Under the pieces are notes generated by a model. That model had not been told where the DNA came from. It searched no databases and saw nothing but the letters and a program-made list of their open reading frames with translations. The position numbers and the translations under genes were made by a program. This document shows, piece by piece, positions 47,835 to 60,200 of a DNA stretch of 64,000 nt. Every line of letters begins with the position of its first letter. The first letter of the stretch is position 1. The stretch comes from Vicugna vicugna (lineage: Eukaryota), in contig MU058337.1 in the NCBI GenBank assembly GCA_013265495.1, forward strand, positions 6,802,716-6,866,715, given 5' to 3'.

Positions 47835-48576
47835 GTCAGATTCCATATAATCAGGTTGGGGTGGGAGTGGCTTCTTAAGCAGTTGCTCATGGATGAAACC
47901 ATTAATGGACGGTTTGGGGGAGCAGAAAGGGAAGGGGAGCAAGAGTGCTCTGCCAAGTTCCGCAGGTGGATCCTGGAGTATAAGTGATGCCTGGGGTGGA
48001 CTCACCCCAGGCAAGGGTGTCAGGATACTTCACTTGTTGAAATCAAAAGCACCCCAAAGAGGGAAAGAAAAAATGGGAAAAAAAGGATAAAAAAAAAAAA
48101 AAAAGAAGGATCAAGGTAGAACACCAGCCTCATCTAACACGTCAAATTATCTGGTCTGTGATATCTGGGGTCCAGAAGCTTGATGCTGATTCCATTCCTG
48201 CTATAAACATGTAAGTAGTTCTGTTTTGGGTGGTAAACAGCCACTGCCCTGGGGCCTCCACACGTCCCCTCCTACCTTGGTCCCATCCCTGGAACCCCTG
48301 GACTTCCCTATGATGCAGCAAAAAAAAAAAAAAAAAACACTGGGCACAGCTGGGGGTCAGTGAACACTATGGCCAGTGTTCTAATTAGTCAGCTATGAAG
48401 ATTTGGACCGTCACCCCCAGATTAAGCCCCTGCTATGTACCCAATCCAGTGACTAGAACTGTGAAAGACAGAAAAAAAAAGATACTAGACAATCCCTGCC
48501 TTCAAAAGTTTAAATCTAACTGAGGTGGGAACAAGATACAGATTAAATAATTGGGAATAATTATGTGCTAAACTCT

Positions 48577-48725
48577 GTGTCTTAGTATGTTTGGGCTGGT
48601 ATAACAAAAATACCATAGACTGGGTGACTGAAACAACAAAAAATTATTTTTCACAGTTCTGGAGGCTAGGGTGTCCAAGATCAAGACTTCAGCAGATCCA
48701 GAGTCTAGTAAGAACCCACTGGTTT
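48577..48725 (-). mobile_element. MLT1A-like LTR fragment
   Basis: tgtcttagtatgtttgggctggtataacaaaaataccatagactgggtgact...tcacagttctggaggctaggg. Confidence 0.75.
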
Positions 48726-49370
48726 ACAGAGACCCTGCAGAAGCACAATCAAATGGACTCACCACAGAGATCCAGACCCAGACTCAAGGATCGAGTGCCT
48801 TTAGGGGGAGAAGACAAAAGTGTTTCAGGGACACTAAAGCTGAAGATGCCATCAGCAAACGTAAAGAACACATTTAGAGCAGAGAGAGAAATCATTCCTG
48901 GATATTTTCATCTTAAGTCACCAGAGGGATAGCCAGAGGGAAATTCTGAGCAAGAATTCAGAAGTGTGAATAGGAAGTTCAGAGGCAAGTTCAGGGACAA
49001 AAGAGTTGATTTGCAGCATGAATACTTAGCTGACTTCACTGCTCCAGTAACTCAGTCAATGCTCATGCTGTATTAGGAGCCATAGCCACTGAATATAGCC
49101 CAGGGGCTTGGAAACGAGAGACTTTGAGGGAGCAGGGAGGAGATCAGATTAAATTAAGGAAAAATAGAGACATTCTAGGACTCTACTTACCCTCAGGATG
49201 ACTGAGAAAGAGTAGACAGTGAAGGTGGCAGAGAAGTGAGGGAACACAGCCTCATTAAAGCCAAGAGAAAGGAACGTTTACAAAAGGAGTGCGTGGTCAG
49301 ACAATAATATGTGCTGCAATGGTTAAGTAGGATTAGGACTGAAATGGGACTGCTCACTGTTACAAAACAG

Positions 49371-49543
49371 CAGTTATTCTCAACCAGGGCAATTCTGACC
49401 CCTACACCTGGCAGGATGGTGCTACTGGCATCTAGTGGGTAGGAGCCAAGGATGCTGCTCTGCACCCGACAATGCACAGGACAAACCCCACAGTGAAGAA
49501 TGATTCTGCCCCAAATGTCAGCAGTGCAGAAGTTAAAATCCTG
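49371..49543 (-). mobile_element. MER20 DNA transposon (internally deleted); orientation given relative to the copy at 13937
   Basis: ttctcaaccagggcaatt...ggtgctactggcatctagtgggtaggagccaaggatgctgct...aatgcacaggaca...ccccaaatgtca. Confidence 0.85.
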
Positions 49544-49857
49544 CTAATACAGCAACTGTAGAATATTCTTGGATGAACTCATTTTCTAACATTCTTATCA
49601 CAGCATATGTTTCAAATAGGGGCTTAAAAATACGGTCCCTGAAGTCGGAGCACCCTGAGGGGTATCATCTCCATATCTTAGCCAGGGGATAGACTGTGCT
49701 TTCTACCTTATTTTGGATCCTATTTCCCATTGGCTGGCCCCTTCCCCACTCTCATTTTTAAAAATCTTAGACTGATGCTCCTGAATGATTCTTACACTTA
49801 AATGATCTCCAGTGAACCATGCTGCATCCTATTTTCTATGTCGGTGCAAATTCTCAC

Positions 49858-49860
<3 letters not shown>

Positions 49861-49896
<36 letters not shown>
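49861..49896 (+). repeat. (CA)18 microsatellite
   Basis: Uninterrupted CA run. Confidence 0.95.
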
Positions 49897-49899
<3 letters not shown>

Positions 49900-51584
49900 C
49901 CCACGTACCATTTTGCACACATTCCATATCCTCAACACATCATCTTACTTCTCTTGACTTTCCACCAAGAGGTCCAGTTGAAATGACCTGGGATTACCTC
50001 CTACTCATTGGGTTGGTCCAGTCAATTCCACCTACTTCCCCTTCCCCAGTACTAACTAGCTCCTCCCATCTCCTTCTCAGCTATGCTCAGGAGCCCTCAG
50101 CACCCAGCATACGCTACAGTTTGAAATGTATGTGCTGGCCCTAACTCCCTGATGAGAGTTAGAGCTGACAGCCCTGTGGAAAAGACACACACACACAATT
50201 TGTTCCTTCTCACCTGGCCCTTTATCTCTTTCCCCCATGGAATCTGTGCAGTGAATTTCTAAGCTGGTTAAAATCTACTGGACTGAATTCCATATTCTTC
50301 TGTACTGATTTTTCTCTTTCCTCACTCCTTCACTGCTTTTGGATATGAGATCAAAAGTCAAAGAGCAATTTTTTTAAAAAAATTAAGGAAATACGTTTAA
50401 AACTCTTCCCTCTAATAAAACCCTACCACATTGCTTTGTTTCCCCCTTCCCCTACCCACCCTTTCCCATGGACTGGAAGAACTCCCCTGCATTTTGGCTG
50501 CCAAAGTTTGACTTCTTCTGGGCTTTCATTCAGATACTTTTATTCTGAGTTTTCAGCACTAAACCTGTCTTCTGAGAGGGTGTTAGAGGAAGAAAGGGTT
50601 GATGGTAGCAAGTCCGTTCTCTTCTAGCTAATGTGTTACACACAGATACTCGAAGCCTCCTCTGGCTTGAGAGCCAGGAGAGCCTAAAGTTACTGAATTT
50701 TGTGTAATCAGTCTGAGCACTGGCAAAAAGTACAGGCACAGTTTCTTGGGGATATATATATATTGTTTTAATGTGACAGTTTAACTGAATTTGTTTCTCT
50801 TTCTTTGAAAATGTTCTAGAAAATAAAACAATAAAAATTGACTCTTCCACACTGTGATTTGATACATCAATCTGTTACTTTCAACTTCTCCTATTTTTCT
50901 TAATATTTTGATGAGTTTAGATTAATCACATCAGTAAAGATTTACTTTTTAATGGTGGATATTTTATCACTGGTCTCCAGGTGGTCAGCTTTCATTTTTA
51001 GTCTAGTGGCTTCTTTATTAAGACCTGGGCTCTTTTCACCATTTGTATATTTTGTTTGTGAATCATTTCTCTAAGGCTCCATTCTTTTAAAATGCTGAAG
51101 CACAAGTAAGTAAGGACAGTTATGTAATCAAATGATGGCTTGATACAGGCACCCCAGCCAGGAAATATGCCTCCAAAGATCAGATAGAAGGAAAGAGAGA
51201 AAAGAGGCTAAAAAAACAACAACAACAACAACAACAACAGAGCCTTGGGGCCCTGAAGGACAGTAACTAACCATCTAACATCTGTGTCACTGGAGCCCCC
51301 GACCTTTGACCGGTTTGAGACACAACACCAGTGGGAGATGGAGAGTCAATTCTATTCCTTCCTGAAGACTTTCTGAGATGCAGGAGTTTGTAGCACCTGT
51401 CTGAACGCATCACACCAGACCAAGCTTTCAGCCATGCTTCTTATGAAGCTGTAGGCAGCTCAGTATGTTCCCCTTTATAATTACTCTGCTCCTTTGCCTA
51501 CCTCATTCCCATTTCCCTCCCTGCTGTTTCTGGGAGCTTGGACTCCCCATGAACGTGTTAGCACAGAAGATTTGATTCTATTTT

Positions 51585-51920
51585 CTTTCTTTTTAAATTT
51601 ATTTATTTATTTATTATTTTTTAATTGAAGTATAGTCAGTTACAAAGTGTTAATTTCTGGTGTACAGCACAGTGTCCCAGACATATATATTTATATATAC
51701 ATTTGTTTTCATATTCTTTTTCATTAAAGACTATTATAAGATATTGAATATAGTTTCCTGTGCTATACAGAAGAAATTTGGTTTTTTTAATCTATTTCTT
51801 ATATACAGTGGTTAACATTTGCAGATCTCAAACTTCCCAATTTATCCATTGTTTACTATGTCTACAAGTCTGTTTCTCTTTTGTAGATGAATTCATTAGT
51901 GTCCTCTTTTTTCTTTTTTG
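51585..51920 (-). mobile_element. Young camelid-type L1 3' end
   Basis: T-rich tail, then aattgaagtatagtcagttacaaagtgttaatttctggtgtacagcac...cctgtgctatacagaagaaat. Approximate ttgattc(t/a)attt direct repeats flank it. Confidence 0.85.
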
Positions 51921-52405
51921 ATTGATTCAATTTCTAGCAAACTTATACCTCTGATCCTTCTGGAATCCTGTTTATGTTATTTCTCCTATTTACAGCTTTC
52001 GAGTTTTTTCCCTCTTTCATAGTTTTCATTTCTTTATACATTCGTCTGTCTTTTAAGCTTTTGTTCTATTTGTCTCTTATACCCCCAAGCTGGACCTTAA
52101 TAGGGACTCTTTTATCTTTTTTTTTTTTTTTCAAATAAACATCTAGCAGCTCTTCATTTTCTCACATCAAGTGAAAACTAAAAGTGGAGTTCACTAAATG
52201 ACTTTTATCTTTTAATATTTTAGTTTAAATTGTTTTTAGTTCCAGAAAGTTTGTGTGTATGTGTGATTGAATCTTATGTGTTCTTCTTATATTTTAATTC
52301 AATTTTTTGTCTGTCTCCTCCAACAATTTTATTTCCCTAAAACCTAGCCATTATGAGTATTTTAATTGTTTTTCTGTGGCTACTATGTGTCCCAGTGAGG
52401 TACTT

Positions 52406-53105
52406 GTGCTAATTTCCTATCACTGCTGTAACAAATTATGGCAACTAAGTGGCTTTAAATGACACAAATTAATTAATTAATTTTTCAGTTTTATTAAGTA
52501 GGATTACTACAGTTTGACTGCACATACACATTATATTGCATGTAAATACATACATACAATATATTGTACTTTTTTTAGTTTACATATGTATACTGATCAT
52601 GGTTTCTAAGAACAGATTAGAGCTTTAGCTTTTTAAACTTACATAGTTATCAAAGGAATATAGCCAACCACAAAATAAGAATCATCAGAATGAGATAATC
52701 CAATCATAAAGGACAAATTGTACTTACACATATTCAAGAAATCAATCACCTAAGTTACAAATAAAAAGTAGTAAAATGATATAAATTTATTATCTTACAG
52801 TGCTGGAGGTCCGAAGTCCCAAAAGTAAGATGCCAGTCCAACTTTGTTCCTTTTGGAGGCTCTGGGGAAGAATTTATTTCCGAGGCTGCCTGCATTCCTT
52901 GACTCCATCCTCCTTCTTCAAAACACTCCCTCCAGCCTCTGCTTCCATCCCCTTGTCTCCTTCCCTGACTCTGACCCCTCTGCCTGTCTCTTAGAAGGAT
53001 CTTTGTAATTACTTTGGGCCATCTAGATCATCCAAGACCATCTTCCATCTCAAGACCCTGAATTTAATCCTATCTCAAAATTCCTTTTGCCATGTGAAGT
53101 AACTA
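52406..53105 (-). mobile_element. MLT1C/D-like LTR interrupted by a ~300-bp insert
   Basis: tgtgctaatttcctatcactgctgtaacaaatta...[insert]...aaatttattatcttacagtgctggaggtccgaagtcc...ccttttgccatgtgaagtaac. Confidence 0.8.
52475..52773 (-). pseudogene. Probable 5'-truncated processed retrocopy of an mRNA 3' UTR (parent gene not identified)
   Basis: AT-rich sequence I do not recognise as a repeat. Minus-strand AATAAA (52490-52495) precedes a short decayed A tract. 18-bp flanking repeats aaatgacacaaattaatt / aaatgatataaatttatt match at 15/18. Confidence 0.55.
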
Positions 53106-53396
53106 CCACATTACTTAAATGGAAGCTACTCTCATGGTGAAAGCAAGGCAGGGCCTGCCCCTGTGGACCTGAAGTGTGGCAGGTGACATGTCATCAGTTC
53201 TGTCTTTGTGGCAGTGGGAGGAAGGCTCCCTGATTCCTCATCTTCTTAGTGACATGGACTTACATGTTCTCAGCCTCAGCAGTAAAGACAAGTGTGCCCC
53301 TCCCCCTTCTTCTTCAGCTTCTTGAAATTCAGGAAAGCCAGTGGGTTCTTCCTAAGATACCATAAAGGATCAGAATTACTTTTCCTCTTGGGGGTC

Positions 53397-53685
53397 TGTG
53401 ATAGTTACTTCTATGTGTCAACTTGCCTAGGCCATTGTATCCAGAAATATTTGGCTACACAGCAGTCTAAATGTTGATCTGAAGGTATTTTTTTTAGGTG
53501 AGATTAGCATTTAAAAGAGTAGACTCTGAGTAAAGCAGATGACCCTCCATAATGTGGGTGGGCCTCATCCCATCAGTTGATGACCTTAAGAGAAAAAAAT
53601 TGAGGAAGAGGGAATTCTGCCTCTAGGCTGCCTTCAGACTCAGGTTGCAACATCAGCTCTTCCCTTAGTCTCCAGCCTCCCTCCA
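53397..53685 (+). mobile_element. MLT2 (ERVL) LTR, 5' part
   Basis: tgtgatagttacttctatgtgtcaacttg...gagtaaagcagatgaccctccataatgtgggtgggcctcatcc. Confidence 0.85.
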
Positions 53686-54799
53686 TGCATCTGTCTTCGT
53701 CCCCCGGCCATGTGTAGACTCCAGAGGCAGACCCCTCCTGGGCTGTCCGGCCCTGTTTACTCCATCCCCAAGCTCTTGTTCTGATGGAAAGGATGTGAAA
53801 TTTAGAGACTTCCCAGCAGGACAGCTCCTTGGAAGTGAGGACTGCATTTTGCATGTGCTCAACTGTATTAAACTCTTAGCTATTGGGAAAAAGAATCTGA
53901 TTTTACTCAACCATGTTAAATTCTTAGTTGTTATGGAAAAAAATGTGATTTTCATATTCCCATTTTACCTCCATAATATATAATTTCATCAAACTTCTCT
54001 TCACAAATGGCTGTTCTATATAGTTCATTAACCATAAGGTCTTGTTCTCTTATAAAAATGTATCAGGAAAATATGAGAGTCTGAAGCTGTGATAAAAACC
54101 CCATGTTGGCCTAAGCACACGAAGAGAGGGGTCCAGAATATTTTCTTCCAGCTGTCCTCAGACAGCAGCCCTAGAGTCTTCAGCGTGTCCTTTTTACAGT
54201 TTTTGTGACTCATTTCCTCACTTATAACACAGAAATACTAATGCGATGCCAACCAGCCATAAAGGAGGGTGATGAGAATTCTGGAATCAAAACTTTATTT
54301 CATATATGATTCCAACCTTATGTGTTTATAAACCAATCCTCCAGGGTTTGAATATCTTCTATTATTTTTGGCTCCGCTTGTTGCGACTAGAAGCTGTGAA
54401 CTATATGGACCGTGGTGGAAAATCACTCCCTGCACAGCGCCCTGGACTGCAGTGTCCATAAAAGGCAACGTGCTGGCTCAAGAAACTGAATGATTTCATA
54501 ACTAACCTGTGATCCTAGTTCTGCCTGGCTCCCCTTCACATCTGAAAGCGCATTGGCACAAAGAGGAAAAAAGTCTTTTTTTCCCACATGTTTTCTTCTC
54601 ACAGCTCCTCTTCCAGGTCTCCTAGTTGGAAAGATATTTTTACATAGGCAGATTATTGCTTCTGGAATACTCCTTTGTGGTCCTGTGGTGTAGCCTGTCT
54701 CCCAGTGCAGAAATCACTAAGCGATGACCTGCCCTGGATTAATTAATGTATTTGTGACATATTGAGCACCTACTGTGTGCTGGACATTGTATCAGGCCT

Positions 54800-55210
54800 C
54801 ACACATTGGCAGACCCCTAGATAAAGATTCAAGTGCAAGTAGTTTATTTGAAAGAGGGTCCCAGGAAACATTTGTTGGACATGATGGATGTGAGGTGGGG
54901 GAGGAAAGGAAGGCAAGAAAGTGTTCATTATCAAACAAGTTACCACTGTGGGCAAAGAGAGCTCAATTCTGTGAGTGAACTCAGAAAATCATGAATTAAA
55001 ACTCAGAATTAACCCAACTGAAGGGCAAGAGGCGTAGGTATTTTTCCACCAATTCTCCATCAGTTCAGGGCACTTTCAGGGGGGTTAACTGCCAGCATTT
55101 CTGACTTCCCTGGACAGGGGCACGGTGCTTCTAAAACAAGAAAAAATCTTCAAGTGGAGATTTCTAAGAGTTAGCTGTAAGTCAGTAGCTTTTGACTTTG
55201 GAAGTGAATT
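54800..55210. mobile_element. ERVL-type LTR (LTR33/LTR16-like)
   Basis: gattcaagtgcaagtagtttatttg...gttaccactgtgggcaa...ggtatttttccaccaa. Same family as 16135-16600. Confidence 0.6.
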
Positions 55211-56970
55211 CCAAGCAGTTTGGGGTGAGGGGTGCTGACAACACCTGCTGCCTGCAGGAAGACAGAAAGAATTAAGATCCCCCTCCCTACTTTTGACCCA
55301 AAGGAGGGAACAGGGCATTCACTCCCTGAACCCAGTAATGTCCAAGGTGGGGTACAGGTGAACAGGAGAAAACACTGGACTGATGGAGGTGACAAGTCTG
55401 AGGGAACATTATGCAAAACTTAAGTCAAATTGGGGTGAAGATGAGCAGTGAGAGGAACAGCTCTAGATGACCTCAGGCCATGCCTCGTCGTTGGGAGTCC
55501 AAATGATGAGCTGGTCAGGAATGACACGGAAACGCCTGCCTTCCCACAGCCATCTGGCTGATGGAGATGCTGTTCCCCAGGGGAGAAAAACCCGATACAG
55601 GGCAAACCTTAGGCAAAGAGGTTGGAAGGAAGCAAGTGATCTGGGCAGGGCTACCAGCTCCTCCTTCAACTTCCCTGGGGAGAGTTAGTAGAAAACACGA
55701 CTGTCAGGGAGCCAGGCAGAAGGCCAGCCAGGTGGCTAACCGGGGCGGGGAAGGTGCAAGCCTGCACCACAATGCTTTCACCAGCCCTCGCTCCGTTTAA
55801 CACCAGCTATTCCGGCCAGTGCAAGGGATGCCTAGAGTGGCCTACACCCACTTGCTTGTGGGAAGGAGCAACTGATAGCCACCTGGGCTGTAGGTCGTCT
55901 GGACCATGAGATGAGGCAGGGCTGAGCCTGTACAAAGTCAGAAATCATTCAGGGGGGCTGCTGGGTGCGGGGGCGGGTGGGGGTGACTGTCCAAGGTAAG
56001 GCAGCTAGGAGCCAAACACTCCACTTATTAGGATGTTTTTCTTTGGGTTGGACTGAAATCTACCTTCTTTGAACTTTTCCTTGGTCCTAACACTGACCTT
56101 TGGAATTCCTTGATCAGTCCCAAGAAAGCTTTTCAACTGGCAGCCAATAAAAACTCCCCTTTGAGTAGGTGTTTGTGCCTTGTGAGATATTAGGAAGGTC
56201 ATGACAAAAATGTTGTGACTAATGTCTCCTCCCCTGGTTTCAGCTAGGCTGTTCTATTGCCAGTAATTCCAGGGAAAGTGACTCTGCCACGGACACGTGT
56301 GGTGTCTGCAGGGCTTTACAGCCGGGCTCCTTGTCCCTGACCTTCTGCTTTCCATCTCAGGCTCATGATTCAAGGCAAGTCTTTCTCCTTTTCCTTTGGT
56401 CTGCCCTTACAAACCCATCACAGAGATTTCATCCATTGTGATGCCCATCTTCCTACAGAATTTCAAGCATGCTCAGCATTTGTTCGGGCTCTCTCTCACT
56501 GAAAGAAATGTATTTTGCTACCCTGTGAATGTGCCGTTTTGATCAAGGAGAACTTGAATTCATTTTTTGTTATCTGAAACATAAGGAACTTTTATAATGA
56601 AATGCTCTACATGTTAGGTGACAAAGCCCAGGAACAGCATATAAAGCTGCTATCTCATTCAGTCCAGATCGAAGGGGAAAAAACACAATAAAACAACAGT
56701 CATTGTTTTAGCCAAAGCAGCATCTTTAAGAATGAACAACAATGGTGCACACATATTGGCAAATCTGCTTGTGGTCACCTTGCAAATTTCTATAAATGAT
56801 ACTCTTACCTCCTAATTAGGATTTGAAACATTGCTCCTTTTACAACTGAAACAAGCCTTTTATTGTTTACTTTGCTTTATGTAGTACTACTCAACTATGG
56901 AGAGATGTTTAATCTAGAAGTTACAGGAGGGAATTGAAAATTTTGGCTCAAAGAACTTGTGTCTTTTGAG

Positions 56971-57468
56971 TGCTAACTAAGAATCGGCACTTACCATCTG
57001 CCTCTACAAGGATTGGATCACGTTGGCACCTGCCATCTAACTCTGGTTGGGCTAAATCACGAGCTGCTGCAGCTACTGACCTCTAACACACCCTGAAAGG
57101 AGTTCAGGATGGAGGTCAGGAATGAAGCACTCTGCTCTGGGAAAACTGGCTGAACAGGCCTTCAGATAGTTAGACATTTTCAGGAGAAGATTTTATGTCA
57201 CCAATTTTTGCATCTCCTCATGCACTAAAATCATTTAACAATGACATCTGCTCCTCGTGACTAGCAGCAAACCTCTGCCTAGATGTGTGCTTGACCGCAC
57301 GTCCCCCCTTCACTGAAATCATATATAAAACTGAGTTCTCCCCCTCCCTCTTCGGAACAGTTTCTCAGAGCTTTCTGGGATGCTGTCTCCTGGGCTAGCA
57401 TCCTCATTTTGCCCCAAATAAAACTTAACCCACAGCTCTCACACTGTGTGATTTTATTTCAGTTGACA
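56971..57468 (+). mobile_element. ERV1-class solo LTR with intact hallmarks
   Basis: tgctaact...agttgaca, 4-bp TSD tgag (56967-56970 and 57469-57472), TATATAAAA (57322-57330) and AATAAA (57417-57422). Confidence 0.88.
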
Positions 57469-58709
57469 TGAGCTAAACATTTTCTGTTTCACTTCAACTG
57501 CATGTTTATGGATTTCTGAGAAATTAAAAATGAGGTGTCCTCATTACAGCAGGCACCCACACCAAAGAGAAAGAACAAGCCACACAAAGGCAGAAAAAAA
57601 AACAAGAATGAAAATTCCACAAAAAAGAACTCAGAGGGAGGGAGAGAATTATTTTTCTTGCCCAACCAAAAAAAGAGTCAAAAGAAATGGGCTCTGTCAG
57701 TAGAGAGAATAACCTTTTCTTCCTCAATTCACATGTGGTTGCCCCCAACTCTCATTCATTTTGCTAGAATTTTTAACAGTGTTAAATATCTCAGCAATGA
57801 ATTTTCAAATCATAATTTCCATTGACAATATAGTTTAAAAACTTAAGCCTGGAGAATTTACCTACACCACACACACGCACAAACACATTCTCCAAGTTTT
57901 AGTATATATATATTTCTTTAAATAAACATTTTCTTTTCCTTAATATTATTGACCCTAAATATGACTGTATTTAATGAGAATATATGTCTTTTTAAAGTGA
58001 TCTTTCTTCTTTTCCCATTTTTATTGGGAATTCCATTTCCATTAATTCCCATTCTACCAAAAAATGAATCATTTGTAAAGCCACATTAAAAGTATTTTTT
58101 CCTTTCTTTTGATCTTAATAACTACATAAAAGTGGGTTATGTCCTACTTCTAAGAGACGGCTGGGCCACGCTGAGGAATACATGAAAGGAAGTTGCAGTT
58201 TTAAAAAAAAAGTCATTTGTCATTCTCTATTTTCTAAAATATTGAAAATACGAAAGCGGAAATCATCCCTGTGCATGATTTTGCTTCTTCTAGAGGAATG
58301 TGGATTTATGATGAAACCTAAATCCTAGAGAAAAGGTAATGACAATTTTAAAAGAGAAACAAGTTTTTCAAAAAATAAACGGAGTGAACAATGGTAGATT
58401 TATAAATGAGGTTAAAAGAGAAAGACTAAATCTCCAAATTAAGTAGGTCTAAATTTTTACAACTTGCTTTCTGAACTTTCCTCTATAGATAGAAAGGAAA
58501 GAGATCAGAAACCTCAGCCCACCATTCTTGCCTCAGAATTTTTCTCATTCTTTTTGAGTAAGGTCAGATTTTTTTTTTGGACCTTTGCAACATTGTCAAA
58601 TAAATTTTATTTAGATTTTCTAAAGCAGGAGTTTAGACTGACGTTTCTGGGATCGAGGCCTAGAATAGAATCATCAGAGGCTGGAAGAATGTTAATTGTA
58701 TCTATTAAC

Positions 58710-58890
58710 TCTAAGTGCCTCCCAGACATTACTTTCTTAATTCTTCCAAACAATCCTATAAAGCAGGTATGATTATCCCTATTTTAGAGATAAAAAGGTG
58801 AGTATTGGAGAGCTTAAACAACTTGCAGAAAGTGGAACTGGAATTCAAGCAGAGGTCTACTTGTCTCCAAAGCTAAAGCACCAAATGACT
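58710..58890 (-). mobile_element. MIR SINE
   Basis: aacaatcctataaagcaggtatgattatccctattttagagataaaa...aacttgc...ggaattcaagc. Confidence 0.7.
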
Positions 58891-59176
58891 TTCATGTACG
58901 GTTGAACAAATTGATAAAGGTGGCAAACAGAATGGGGAAAATAGGTTGCAGATGAGTCTTTTTCCAAAGATGGATTTGGGAATCAAAATTTGAAATAGGT
59001 GATGAGGTGGGAATTGAAGTAAATCGTTAGGTTAGGATTCAGTTTAGGGCTGGCATTGGAGTTAAGATTTTATTGAGAGTTTTTGGCGTGAGGACAGCCT
59101 CTCTCTTTGAGAGTGAGATAAGAGTTTAGGTTCAGAGTGGAATATGCATTAAGTACTGGGAAGGGATGGGAACACA

Positions 59177-59512
59177 GCAGTGTTAACCAAAACTTCCCTG
59201 ATGACAAGAATCACCTGGGGAATTGTGGGAACTACAAATTCCTAGTTCCTCCCAGCCCTGCTGAATCCATCTCCCAGGGAGACTGATACTGCTTACAAAG
59301 GAGCCCAGAGGAGTCTGATCATCAGGAAAGTAGAGAAACTCTGGACGCTGGTCAATATCTGGCTTCTCACTAGAATCACAAGGAGAGCTTGTTATAAATC
59401 CTCATGCTTGGGCCCCACCCCTCAATTAAACCATAATCCAAGGGGGGGGCAGGTTATTATGTTTTCAAAGTTCCCCACTTGATTCCAATGGGAAGCCAGG
59501 TTTGAAATTGCA
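59177..59512. mobile_element. Two adjacent MER5-like hAT fragments
   Basis: cagtgttaaccaaaacttccctgatgacaagaatcacctggg...; tagaatcacaaggagagcttgtt...gggccccacccc...gattccaatgggaagccaggtttgaaa. Confidence 0.6.
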
Positions 59513-59929
59513 GATAGATGGTTAGAGATGAAAAGAGATCATTTCTGTTCTGGATTCATAAAGCTGTTTAGTGAACCTCTTCTATGACAATTTTTGCAGA
59601 CTGCTTGATTTATATATATATTTGCATACCTGTTTTTTTTTAAACAGCACTGTAGCCCTGAAGGGCAGACATTATTACCTACATAGTTAGCACTGTGATA
59701 TTGAATACATATATATTTGGTCTGCATGTAGGCATTCAAAGATATCCTTGGCAGCTGTATTCAAGGACAAGAGGTATACCGTATACACTACATGCAAATT
59801 CACCTGATGAAGGGATTTACCTCTCTATTGTTTCATGAATTATCAAGACTTACTCAATGCTAAGCCATTTAGTCATCAGTTGAGTCTGGGGAGCCTTGGT
59901 CCTCCAGGCCATTATCTCATCCACAAGCC

Positions 59930-60200
59930 TTTCCTTGTGCCACCCCTTTCTGAGCAGCCCCTTCTGTGGTCTCCCCTGAATTCAGGCTGGCCTTTAGTTA
60001 CATGCTTGATCAATAGAAGACAGGGACAGGCAATGCAAGTCAAAAGGATTCTTGCGGCTGTGTTCTGCTGCTCTGGAAACACTCTTGGAGCCCTGGACGG
60101 CCATGTAAGAAGTCCAGTTACCCTGAGACCACCATGCTCGAGAGAACACACAGTGGGTCCCTGAAATTATGTGACAAGAGATGCCTAGCCAACCTGAAGC
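59930..60200 (+). mobile_element. MLT1 LTR fragment
   Basis: ctcccctgaattcaggctggcct...gccatgtaagaagtccagttaccctgagaccaccatgct. Confidence 0.65.

Noticed and set aside
59020..59140. Interstitial telomere-like repeats (ttagg variants)
   Set aside because: Only scattered degenerate matches, with no tandem TTAGGG array.
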